A stretch of 63,018 nt of DNA, the filler included, from Circinaria calcarea (taxonomy: Eukaryota), in NCBI GenBank assembly GCA_051942165.1. It is 20 parts of 20 records of this genome, joined end to end, with 100 filler letters (N's around TTAATTAATTAA, not from the genome) between each part and the next. Parts side by side here need not be neighbours in the genome. Positions count along the whole stretch, not along the records: positions 9,503 to 12,567 come from JAVECS010003061.1; positions 12,668 to 15,731 come from JAVECS010003062.1; positions 15,832 to 18,894 come from JAVECS010003063.1; positions 18,995 to 22,055 come from JAVECS010003064.1; positions 22,156 to 25,214 come from JAVECS010003065.1; 15 more parts are not named here. One strand, written 5' to 3'. A program made the position numbers and the translations under genes. This document shows, piece by piece, positions 11,860 through 22,829 of this stretch; the stretch's first letter is position 1, and every line of letters begins with the position of its first letter. A model generated the notes under the pieces. It saw nothing but the letters and a program-made list of their open reading frames with translations. It was not told where the DNA came from and ran no database searches.

Positions 11860-12567
11860 ATGGATCATCTGCCAAGTATTCAGCATCCAGCTTATCCCCC
11901 AATAGAAGTGCCATATATCTGCAATCAACATTATGACGGACTAGGATTTCAAGGTTACCCATTCCGAAGAGGCTACGACAAAGCGTGATTCTATACGGCG
12001 GATTTCTCTGAACCTCCGAAGGAAGAAATCCCCTCCTTCCTACAGACATGGCTTTACTTCGGAATGCTGGAGGAGATCTTTGGGATCCCTGTTGATCGGA
12101 ATAACTTTCTGCGGGTCAATGCGACCGGGGAACAGGTCATCACTACCCACGTTCTCGGGCAGTACATCGCAAGCTGGAGGACTAGGATAAAAAGGCTTTC
12201 GAGGAAGGCTCGACAGGACTATCTTCTTAAGGTAGATGCATGTTTAGATGAAGCGAGTACTATGAGCCAATTCTTAGATCAAGACGGCTCAAAACACGCG
12301 TCTCTCTCCAACCTGTTGACTTTTGAGGTCTCCCTATCTATTAAAGTCCTAGGGACAAGTCTCAATGGAGCTAAGATGGAAATCTGGAGTGCAAATCAAG
12401 ACGTGCCGCCAAATCATCTAAATAAGCCGTACCACTTTGGAACGAGTGAGTTGGTGACACGGCGCCTGCAATCGGGAGGGTTCTGTCCAAATGAGATATT
12501 GAGATTCGAATCCACTATCTTTGTTACGGGTATGCTCTTCTTGAGCAACATATCCCGACCACAGCTA
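11860..12567 (+). pseudogene. N-terminal part of a HET-domain-type protein with premature stop; 3'-truncated
   Basis: MDHLP...EVPYICNQHYDGLGFQGYPFRRG...*...FLQTWLYFGMLEEIFG...GFCPNEI, with an in-frame TGA at 11986-11988. This N-terminus is typical of one class of fungal HET proteins; the HET domain itself is not in the contig. Confidence 0.65.
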
Positions 12568-12667
12568 NNNNNNNNNNNNNNNNNNNNNNNNNNNNNNNNN
12601 NNNNNNNNNNNTTAATTAATTAANNNNNNNNNNNNNNNNNNNNNNNNNNNNNNNNNNNNNNNNNNNN

Positions 12668-14624
12668 CAACCGAGCCTAAGCCACCTCCATCTCAGGTAC
12701 GCTCGAAGCTCTTTGTCCAACGGCAGCACCCGCGTCCACTCCTTTTGCATCTCCGACTCGATATTCTCGGGAGTCAATTCGTGTGGCAGCCCTGTCGGTC
12801 TTCCACGAAGCTCATCTCTACAGAAAATTCGCCAACTATCAATTGCGTAGGCACCGATCCCTGGTAAATGACCGATTTCCCAAGCCACTCGTGGATCGTC
12901 ATCATCGATGGGACCATCACCAGCTTTGATGTCCCTGCCATCGTTCTTCTTGGGATAATGCAGACGTCGATAGCGCTTATCTTTTTGCGGTGGATTCTCC
13001 AACCAAGCCTGGGCGAGTCTGATACACTTGTGTGCGCGCTGATTCTGCAAGCCAAGGTGTTGAATCATCTCGAGGAGATCTCCGTGTTTCGCAGAAGCGA
13101 GGTCGGCGATCGTTGGATATCTTGTCATGACATCGTAGAAAACTGGCATCGAAACGCTTCCCCTTGTCTTGTTCAAGAAGATGGTGGCAATGAGAAGTCG
13201 GAAAGGGTCATTACAAAGCCTCTCTTGAACAAGTCCGAAGGATGTATTTTCGAGAGCGGGAAAGGGAATGCAGGAGACTTTCTCTTTAGGAGATTTAGGA
13301 AAATATGGGGATTTCTTGGAACTCCTTTTGGACCGTGCCTTCGCTGTAGGGGCTGGCGTACTTGGCAACTGGGAATCCTCAATCTCGCTTTCCAATATAA
13401 GTTTGTGATTTGGATAATCACCACTAGAGTGCATGGGATCGATTAGTGGACTAGAGGGTAGACTAGACAATGGGCTGGAATCGTCGCTAGGGTACTCGAA
13501 GCAATCCATCTGCTCTCCTGTTCCTGATGGCTCTGTATGCTTTGCAAGTTCTCTAACCTTTAGCCGAACAATCAACGACTTCCGCCCAAGCCCGGCTCCC
13601 CCTAACACTCCAAAGACGGGATCCTGGAAGAACCTCGACATCTCCTCATCTGAAGCGGTCATGCTCACTGAATCATCGGAGATTGAAAATCCGGACCGTT
13701 GGCGGTTGTCATTTCATCTTGGGTCGGGATATATAACTTGGCTGAACTTGGATTATGAGAGAGCGCTACACCGCCACTCTTATTCGTCAATTCAGGTTCA
13801 TGCTTCTTCTTTTTCCGTTTCTCAGCAGTTTTCTTTAAGCGCCCAACGCGTTTTGCACCAGTATCATTTTCTTGTTTGTGGGGAGTGTATTGCCCTGAGC
13901 CAAGGTCTTCTTCCACACCTTCCCTCTTGCTCTTTTTCTTTTTCCCCGAAGTGAATATGATTTGATTTGCGTCTTCGGTTTCAACTGGTAAAGCTAATGA
14001 TGTGGAATCGACGTTGTTTTGCTGGACATGTTGCTTGTTACTGGCTTCACCGTCGTCCAAAAGACCCTTCTTGGTTATCATTACCCTGTCCTTTTCGGCC
14101 TTGGGGTCAACCCCCCTATCGGTTCTCGATATCTTCGACGCTTCAACAATATTTGGGCACTGCTGATTGGAAAGTTTTTCAGCGGCTCCATTGTCTGCTG
14201 CAGGTGCTTGGGCGATTGGCAAGGCCATATCCTCCTTGTACTGCTCATCATTGAGGCCACCTTGCCTTTCTTTCTCCTTTCTAGATCTCTCTTTCGTCGA
14301 CTTCCTAGTGCCATCCTTCGCGAAATGCCTTGACGAGTGTAACGGTTCTATAGAGTTGGATACGCCATTGCTGTTATCTTTGATTTTGTCACCTGATCCT
14401 CCACTGGTCGAGACTGCCGGTCTAGCGGCTGAAGGAAGACCTTGCACTCCTGGCCCGCCATCAGAACCAGGATTGTGCACCACTCGCTTCTCTGACTTGT
14501 TCTCCGCGTTGGTTAAGTCTCCTAGCGGCCCCTGTTTCCTTCTCTTGTTAGACTGTGCCCGGTCAGCACCTACTATGTGCCTTCGCTTTAGTAAGCGCTG
14601 CTGAGCACCTTCTGTATCCGTCAT
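12668..14624 (-). CDS. MBD4-like HhH-GPD DNA glycosylase with long low-complexity N-terminus; 3'-truncated, one frameshift
   Basis: FGLVQERLCNDPFRLLIATIFLNKTRG, LGLQNQRA, HLPGIGAYAIDSWRIFC, DKELRAYLRW. The two ORFs join if one A is restored in the run at 13712-13714. Confidence 0.82.
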
Positions 14625-15660
14625 TTGCAACTAACTCATATGAGGCCTACCGACTTCACCTGTAAAACTTTCTGGATAGAATTCGAGCCATCTATCACAT
14701 CTTGCAGTGCAGAATGACCGCTAATTGTAGTCCCGGCAAAATCCACGAGCTTTAACACTTGCGACTTCGTCTCTACCCTAGGAACTCCTGCTGCGCGCGC
14801 GCTATCATACACGTGTCTCTCTCGTAGAAGCTTTGCTGCGAAGTTATAGAGTTGCCGGGTGATAATTAAAATAAAAGATATTACCGGACATAAAAACTAA
14901 TAAACGTAGATATTATAAAATACTAAATTTCTCTACGCGAGCTGAAATGAAATTTATTAACTTATTAAAAAAACTAATGTGGTGGAGCCAAGGCGACTAG
15001 TGACTGGGCGCGCATATGGAGCGGGCAGGCAGGCATGGAGGATGAGGGATTCTACACACATACACACTCCTTACACGTTTTTAGCAAAGTAGAATAGGAG
15101 TTAGAAATGCAGTACTGATATCGCTCGATGTTCTTTCTATATGTGCATTATACTGTAGCAGTCAGTTCATGTCATATATCCTCTGATTCTTCATTATTCA
15201 GGCTCCCACTACCTATTCTCGACTGCGTCTTTACTTATACCTTAGGAGCATAGCGGAACACCTTATATTTTTTATAGTTGGCGACCACGGGGCGATTCGA
15301 CGCATAAAAGACCGAGAAACAAGTGGGTGGTTTTGTTAACCCCGAAGAATTAGATAAGGAAGCGCTTACGGAATTATATTATAACGAAACCCAAGATTGG
15401 TTTGGTAACAAAACGTCAGAATGGCAGACTGGAAGTTGAATCCGTTTATTAAAAGTATAGGATAGAATATGTCGAGAAATGGCTGAAGCAAGAATTATAC
15501 AAAAAGAGGAAATGTTATGCGAAAAAGCATGGGGGTAGAGGAATTCAAAAGCAGGATGCTTCGCAAGTCCGAATGGAAGAGGTATCGGAGGAATGTAATG
15601 GCGCACCCCGCAGGGCTGTGCCAAGAGGTTTGAGCAGTACGCGGGCTAGGCGTACCGGTG

Positions 15661-15731
15661 GTACTGGACGTACTGGACGTACTGGACGTACTGGACGTGG
15701 GACTACGTCCACTACGTCCACGACGTCCACG
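15661..15731. repeat. Two facing 9-bp minisatellites (GGACGTACT)n / (ACTACGTCC)n
   Basis: Read directly; the second unit is the near reverse complement of the first. Confidence 0.8.
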
Positions 15732-15831
15732 NNNNNNNNNNNNNNNNNNNNNNNNNNNNNNNNNNNNNNNNNNNNTTAATTAATTAANNNNNNNNNNNNN
15801 NNNNNNNNNNNNNNNNNNNNNNNNNNNNNNN

Positions 15832-18462
15832 TGGCTTGATTATTCATCTTCAATGCATCCAAACGACTTCATCGGAAATATCATCTACAAGATCGACGAT
15901 AATGTCATCAACATTCTGCCATGTTCATGGGTATAGTTTCCCCCCCCCCTCCCCCCCTTCAAATCTAACGTACAGCTGAATGAAAGCCTCCAGAAACCAG
16001 ACGAGAGTTTCGAAGAATTTGACAAGAAGCGCCAACTGACGCGAGCGGCGAAAGGATTAACCACCGGGATAGGTGCTGATGAGAATCTTGTACGCCGCCA
16101 GCGCCTACCCGACACCTACAGTAGCAGTGCCGGGCAGTCCTCTTCTTCGGGTTCGCCAAGCCGCAACGCATCCCCCAAAAATCCAGATGCTGTCGGTAAA
16201 GATAAAAATTCCGCCCAGGAACGGAAGGAGCCTAGTCCAAAACCTAAGGAGCCTAATTCAAAACAAGAGAAGCCTAGTCCGAAAGAAAAGGAGCCTAGTC
16301 CGAAAGAAAAGGAGCCCAGTCCAGAACCGAAGGAGCCTAGTCCAAAACAAAAGGGGCTCGACGAGGAACAGAAGGGACATACTCAAGGAGGGACTTCGGA
16401 CCGACCCCCTTCTTCAGGTAATGTATCTATTTCAAGTATATCGACGATCCCGTCCTCGCCAGACCCAGAAAGCCCAAGTCTCTCGGAAAGAGACAGAAAC
16501 CTCGCCCAAGGCCGCATTCAAGAACTCGCCAATCAATTAAAAGTCTGTACTCAACAACGAACTACCTTCGATAAGGCACTGAAACTCTGTAACGACGAGC
16601 GAGGTAACCTCAGGGGGGAAGTGAATCGCCTTCAGGCGATAATTGATAATGGAATAAACACGTCAAAGCCAGCGGATCAGGATAACCAACAGACAGAACG
16701 TCTTCGTGCAGCAGCATATCAACAGGGGCGACGGAAAGGAGCTGAAGAAGAGCGAGGACGGCTTGAACTTAGAGAAGGACAACTCAGACAAGGGGAACAA
16801 AAACTTACACAAGACCAAGGACAACTTAACCGAGAAAAACAAGAACATGCAAGAAAAGAAAATCAGCATGGACAGGCCCAAGGAGTACCTACACAAGCCA
16901 ACAGAACACTTACACAGAGAGAAACACAAGTTGCAGACAGAGAAACACAAGTTGGACATAGAGAAAGACAAGTTGCAGCCAGAGAAACACAACTTACACA
17001 AGGTCAAGCACAACTTACAGTGAGAGAAACACAAGTTGGACATAGAGAAAAACAAGCTGTAGCCAGAGAAAAACAACTTAGACAAGGCCAAGGACAACTT
17101 GCAGAAGGTCAAGCACAACTTACAGTGAGAGAAACACAAGTTGCAGCCAGAGAAACACAACTTACACAAGGCCAAGGACAACTTACAGAAGGTCAAGCAC
17201 AACTTACAGAGAGAGAAACACAACTTACAAATGATCGAGCTGAGGCTGATCAACGGCTACAACTCCTCCAGTCACTAGAGCAACAGGTCGAACAAGGGCA
17301 ACAAGCACTTACTGATCAGCAACGTCAGCACACCGAAAAGAGAGCCGGAGAACAAGATGAACTCAAAAAATATCTTAAAGTTGGTGAAGATTTACAGAAG
17401 ATACTAGACAATGTCTATGAATCTGGGTGTCCCCAGGAGGGTTGTACAACAGTACTTGCCGATGGGGATGGCGTTGTCACTGTCACCGTGAGACTCAAAA
17501 CTCGCTTCCTCCATGCTTCGTTACTGACAAGCTCCAGAACGTTTGGAATCATTTCTTGTCACATAAGCGTACCGATTGGAATACTTGTGGGGCGCATCCA
17601 CACTGTCGGGCACACTTGGAACTCTTAAACCCAGAGGTAGCTTGACCTGAACTCCTGCACTCCGGCGGTAGTGTTTACTGACTCTTGCAACAGCAACGAC
17701 AACAGCATGCTCAAATGCATGCAGATATGACTCGACAACCAGGTCCACTGCCACCACCACCACCACCACGTCCATCACCACCACGTCCATCTCCACCACG
17801 ACCATCTCCACCACGACCATCTCCACCACCTCCAGGCTCTAGCGGTGGAGGGTCTAAACCCGGTGGTGGCAGGGTGACGAGTAGATACTGTCCCAGTTGT
17901 GGAAAAAACCTGACCACGGTCGGTAAATTGGGTAAAGGGGATAATAGAGTAAGTTACGCATCCTCAAGTACCTATGTAATAAAATTTGCTAATGCACAAT
18001 TGCTCACAGAGTCAAAGACTGGCTACTCACTTGGAAAAATGTGGCGTTACAGAAGGCCAGATATTGCAAGACCCAACCGAAGAACAGCTCAAGATGCTAA
18101 GGGAGAAGGCTCCCACAAAAGCCGGCAAGCATTTCAAAATAGTTACCGAAAAACCGGCGGAAAGAACCAAGGAACCGGTGATGGGACCTAATAAAGCAAC
18201 CGAGGATATAGGCGACGAATCCAACGAATCCAACGAATCCGACGACTCTGACAACTCTGATGACTCGGACGACTCGGACGACTCGGACGACTCTGATGAT
18301 TCTGACGACTCTGATGACTCTGACGACTCTGATGACTCTGGCGACCCTGGTCAAGCTGTTGAGCCGAAACCGGCCGGAAGTTCTAAGCGGAAGAAGACGT
18401 TTGTTGGGGATGAAGATGGGGAAGTAGACGATGATACTTCTAGAAAGAAAGTGAAGCAGTAA
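15832..18462 (+). CDS. Repeat-rich coiled-coil / zinc-finger protein, 5'-truncated
   Basis: Phase-compatible GT-AG introns at 15931-15975, 17488-17537, 17637-17693 and 17949-18009. Encodes KEPSP repeats, heptad repeats, two C2H2-like fingers, a PPRPS repeat, a C2HC finger, (DDS)n and a basic C-terminus. Confidence 0.75.
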
Positions 18463-18476
18463 AACAGCAGAATTTA

Positions 18477-18894
18477 GAGAAAGGACTCTATACTCGTAGC
18501 AGACTGAGTCGACTTAAGCGTTATAGTATTGGTTCAAGTTGAATGGGGGGGGGGATTTTGGAATAGGCGTATGGCTAGGAAGTTAATGTACCGAGCAGGC
18601 GTTGGAGTATATTTGGTAGTAATAGATTTAAACCGGTCTCTGGCGCCTTATTAAAGTGCAATTTTATCCATATCGTGCTGGATTAATTCACGGGAAAAGG
18701 ACATGGTGATGGAAAGAGCTGTCTAGAATATTGTGAAATATCCAACCTACATAATCCCAATCCCATCACACTAAATCACAAAAATCACGAGACGTGCCAA
18801 TCGCGAAAAATGGAAACACCCCCCCCATTCAACTTGAACCAATACTATAACGCTTAAGTCGACTCAGTCTGCTACGAGTATAGAGTCCTTTCTC
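18477..18894. repeat. 76-bp perfect inverted repeat running to contig end
   Basis: 18477-18552 is the reverse complement of 18819-18894. Confidence 0.92.
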
Positions 18895-21800
18895 NNNNNN
18901 NNNNNNNNNNNNNNNNNNNNNNNNNNNNNNNNNNNNNNTTAATTAATTAANNNNNNNNNNNNNNNNNNNNNNNNNNNNNNNNNNNNNNNNNNNNATAGGG
19001 CTTACCGAGCATGTGTTGCTAGGAGGTCCATGCTCAACACTCTCTACACTCCATAAAAGCACTTTTTCGTAGCATAGATAGTTCCTTAGTTACATACTCA
19101 GGTAGCAATGCCACCATACATTCTGCTGCCCAACATCACCCTGCTGCCTTACCGTGCCCAGTTAGCCCTTGCCGTATTCTCCAACTGCTGCCGCTGCAAC
19201 GCCTGGTGAACTGATATGTGTACTCGCCTTATCGGTTCATTAAAGTGCTCTGAGTGTGCACTCGCCTTTCAGAGCCTTACAGGTGTTTTCTGCTTGTGCA
19301 GTTTGGGAGATTGAGACGTACAGACAGCGGGATCGATATCGTCAACATATGCTATTACTACTGGTCATCGTTGAGACTGATTTTATCTAGAACTTTGACT
19401 TAGGAGATGATAAAGGTGGCCGACATGGTAAGGCTGTGGCTGTCACCACAATGGATGGCTGAGCTTGCAACAAAAAAGTACGCTACGAATTGGTATTCAC
19501 CATTGAATTCTTTGCTGAGGCCTTGCAGTGTATTGCAAGATAAGGATTGGTTGAATGATTGGTTGATAATCCTAGTCTGTTCAGGCCGTGTGGCCACTCG
19601 GTGGTAGAAAAAAGTGACCGCCTGAGGAAATGGCAGGGTCGGTATCAATTAATCTGGGATCCCTTCTCATTCAAAGCAGCAATGTTTATCTCGCTGTCAT
19701 TCTCATTAATTAAACAGGATCGAGCAAAGGATTATTTTCTTGCTATAACGTGACCATTCACCCTACTATAACCGGTGAACCTTTGCCAAAAATAGATTGT
19801 TTTTAAAAACTTAGAGTACGATCTGATTGGAGTCCCGTTCTAGCCGAGGGAAGCCACCTTGGTGAGGAAGAAGAGGCCAGCCGCGGGGAGCCTACGGCTG
19901 GCCTCTCCTTACGCTATAGCCAGCCTCCCCCCTAAGGCTAGCCTCCCTAAGGCTAATGGCCTTGAAGCCCTTGATACCAACCTTGAATGCACATTTACCT
20001 TCAGATTATGGTATTGATGCCCCTTAACAGGAGTAAATCGTCGACCGCTACGAGCAACACGACGTCGAAATGCACTTAGGATAACGTGCACCGGCAAGAT
20101 GTTCTAGAAAACGCTCTTGCGCATCTCAATCTCGAGCATGTCGACCTGAAGCGTTGCCTATGGAAACCACCTCGCCGATCTATACATGCCTGCCTCGACG
20201 GCCAAGGCCAGCGTGGTTTTAGTGACCAACCAGACTGATGTCGAGGCTCTCAACATTGAACATGACTTTAAGGATCTTGGGAGGACAACTCATCTATTCT
20301 ATCTAAAAGTCAAGTCTTAGCAGTATCTGATAAGAGTGCGTTGAATGGGAAGACTCTATATACGGTCGGGTAGGTCAAAAGACGAGTTTGGCGATACCCC
20401 GCTGATTAGCGACATCCCGCTTCTGACCTCTATCCTGAAATTTCGGAGGTAAATACTCGCCAGACATAAAGTGACTCCCACCCGCGCACCTGTACCCAAA
20501 ACATTGCTTAATCCATTGAAACCCTACGCAGCAGACATCCCATCTTCCTCAACTTCACCTACGCCGTCGCCTCCTCCTGCCTGCGCGTCTCCTGCTCATG
20601 CCGGATCCTCTTCCGCTTCTCCATCGCTTCCTCTTTCGCCTGACGAGCAAGCTGTACCTGTTCATTCAAGGGCTTAAGCTTCTCAGCAGAGCTTCCAGCA
20701 CTCAATACAACCACATCCCCTTCCTATTTGTAGGTATCGGGCTGGTTCCTCCCAGCTCCACCGGCACTCCTCCTGGGTTTTTCCGTTCGGACTAGTTCCC
20801 TCCTTAGCCCCCCGACGCTGTCGATGGGCTTGCCGCTGGTTCGTGAACGCCTGTCCCTTTCGCCGTAGCCCGAGGTCCCGGGATCCGAATAAATAAGTCG
20901 AAATTAACAAGCACAATCGCCCGACTATCGCTGGACCAATACTGTAGATAATAGAGCGTTTATATGAGTAACCGAGTTAAAATGGATAGGATCTGCTGCC
21001 TCCCAAACACAAAAGAAAAGCTGAGTCTAATTCTCTCCGTTTCAAATCAATGCTGGAACGGGTTGCTGATCGTAAAGTCATCACTAATAACTCTCCGTCG
21101 CCTATCGATTCCTCGATCTTCGAAGGAGGAAAAGGGCACGGCCGCCTCTTCAGCCTATGACCTGCCGGAAGCCCTCGCGGCCGAGCACGCCTCTCTCCTG
21201 CGGCTTCGGGCTGACGCCCCTTGCCTTCTTCCTCAAGAGGAAGCCAAGCATGCCGCTGGGCTTGCCCTTGGCGTCAGTTTTAGTATCGCCTGGCGTCGTC
21301 GAGCTCCTATTGGCCAGGTCGAACTAACTTCCTGTCTCGTTCAGGACGACCTGGGTTCCGCCGCTGACGGAGGCGTCTCTGGTGACGCTACCGTGTTTTC
21401 GCATCGTCGATCCCGGCAATGTGGGCGTGGTCTCGCTTGCTGTCGTCTCCTGAGTTGCGAGCCGTGGTGGTCTATTCTCCGCGCCGACTGTGACGGCCTT
21501 TGGGAATTGGGGTGACCCGTACCTCCGGGTCTTTGTCCGTAAGCAGATCCATGGGAGAGATGGGGAATGCCATGTCGACAAGGGCTCCCCTCCCAAGCGA
21601 GCACGGCCAGAAAAAAGCAAAAGGGTCGTAGATCGGACACGAAGACGAGAGCGAGAGCGAGCGCGAGGAATAGTTACCGTACCTCGAGCGAGTACGGTAC
21701 TGGTGCTGGCCAGTAGTCACAGTACGATTCAGTCCGGCAACGACACAGCCCAGTCCAAGCCCAGTCCAAGCCCTAGCCCGGCCAGAAGTCCCAGCAGGGC

Positions 21801-22656
21801 CCGCCAACTGGCGCGTGCGTCGTCGTCCTCTCAGCTCTACCTCAACAGTCTCTTGTCATAACCCCCTCTCCTCTTTTCTTCTCTTCCAACACCCCCTCCT
21901 TCTCTGCTTCTCTTTCATCCATCGGCCATCCACATTCCCATCCCCCCGCGAATCAGCAATCATCACTTGCTGAACCATTGGATAGCAGCCAGCCAGCCTG
22001 CTCCCCTCCGTCCTCATCGATAGCCTAGCTCATACCCCCTCCCTCTCCCCATTGCNNNNNNNNNNNNNNNNNNNNNNNNNNNNNNNNNNNNNNNNNNNNT
22101 TAATTAATTAANNNNNNNNNNNNNNNNNNNNNNNNNNNNNNNNNNNNNNNNNNNNTGGCATAGCGGCATTTGGTGAGGGGGTGTTATTTGAGATACCATT
22201 CTGCTTTATACTGTTTGAGTAGAATTTGTAGTTGTGTGTTAGGAAGCAGCACAAAGTAAGATGTAATATAAATCCATAAAAGTTGTTCTCCTTGTATATT
22301 ATTGCAGTCTGGTAAACTCAGACCTTGTATAAAAGGTCCGGTTTAAAATCTCCAAACACACATGTTCTCGCTAAGCCTCTACTTGTGTACGGAGACTAAA
22401 AACGGCCACGGGTTATATTTGAACCTTGACAGCTGGGGTTCAACCCGTGGCTTAAGGTTTGCAGCTTCTAATTGGCAGGGATGTACAATCCAGCAAATCA
22501 AGTTTTTCCGGTCAACGCTAAGTAAGGCCAGACCCGAGTTGTCAGGAAAAATATTGAAGCCCCAAACACGTCAGGTCCGCAGTTTAACCGCCAAAAAATA
22601 CATAAGAAGAGGAAATATATCCAAAAATAATTATTGTAAATTCCCAGTGGATAATT

Positions 22657-22829
22657 TGCCGAAACTAAGAATTGAACTTAGGATCTTCGCATTACAAGTG
22701 CGACTACAATTCGATTAGTAGGAATACTTCCGCCACGGATCGAACCACGTACCGCGTTACCACTGCTACAACAAAGGTTAGTCAGGAATGGTGGATTATT
22801 TGACAATGGAAAAGTACCGCCATTCCGGC
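22657..22829 (-). tRNA. tRNA-Thr: tRNA-Thr(UGU) interrupted by two spliceosomal-type introns
   Basis: Exons 22829-22818, 22765-22753 and 22703-22657 join to 72 nt: GCCGGAA TG GCG CAGTGGTAA CGC G TCGCA CTTGTAA TGCGA AGATC CTAAG TTCAATT CTTAG TTTCGGC A, a fully paired cloverleaf. Both intervening segments are GT...CTAAY...TAG. Confidence 0.88.

Noticed and set aside
16663..17253. Cys/Leu-rich 196-aa ORF
   Set aside because: Antisense shadow of the coiled-coil repeat exon.
20471..21861. Overlapping GC-rich ORFs
   Set aside because: No recognisable domain or consistent strand; cannot be supported as genes.
22657..22703. Reading the tRNA as only a 3'-half pseudogene
   Set aside because: The missing 25 nt are present upstream in two pieces bounded exactly by GT/AG and complete the stems.
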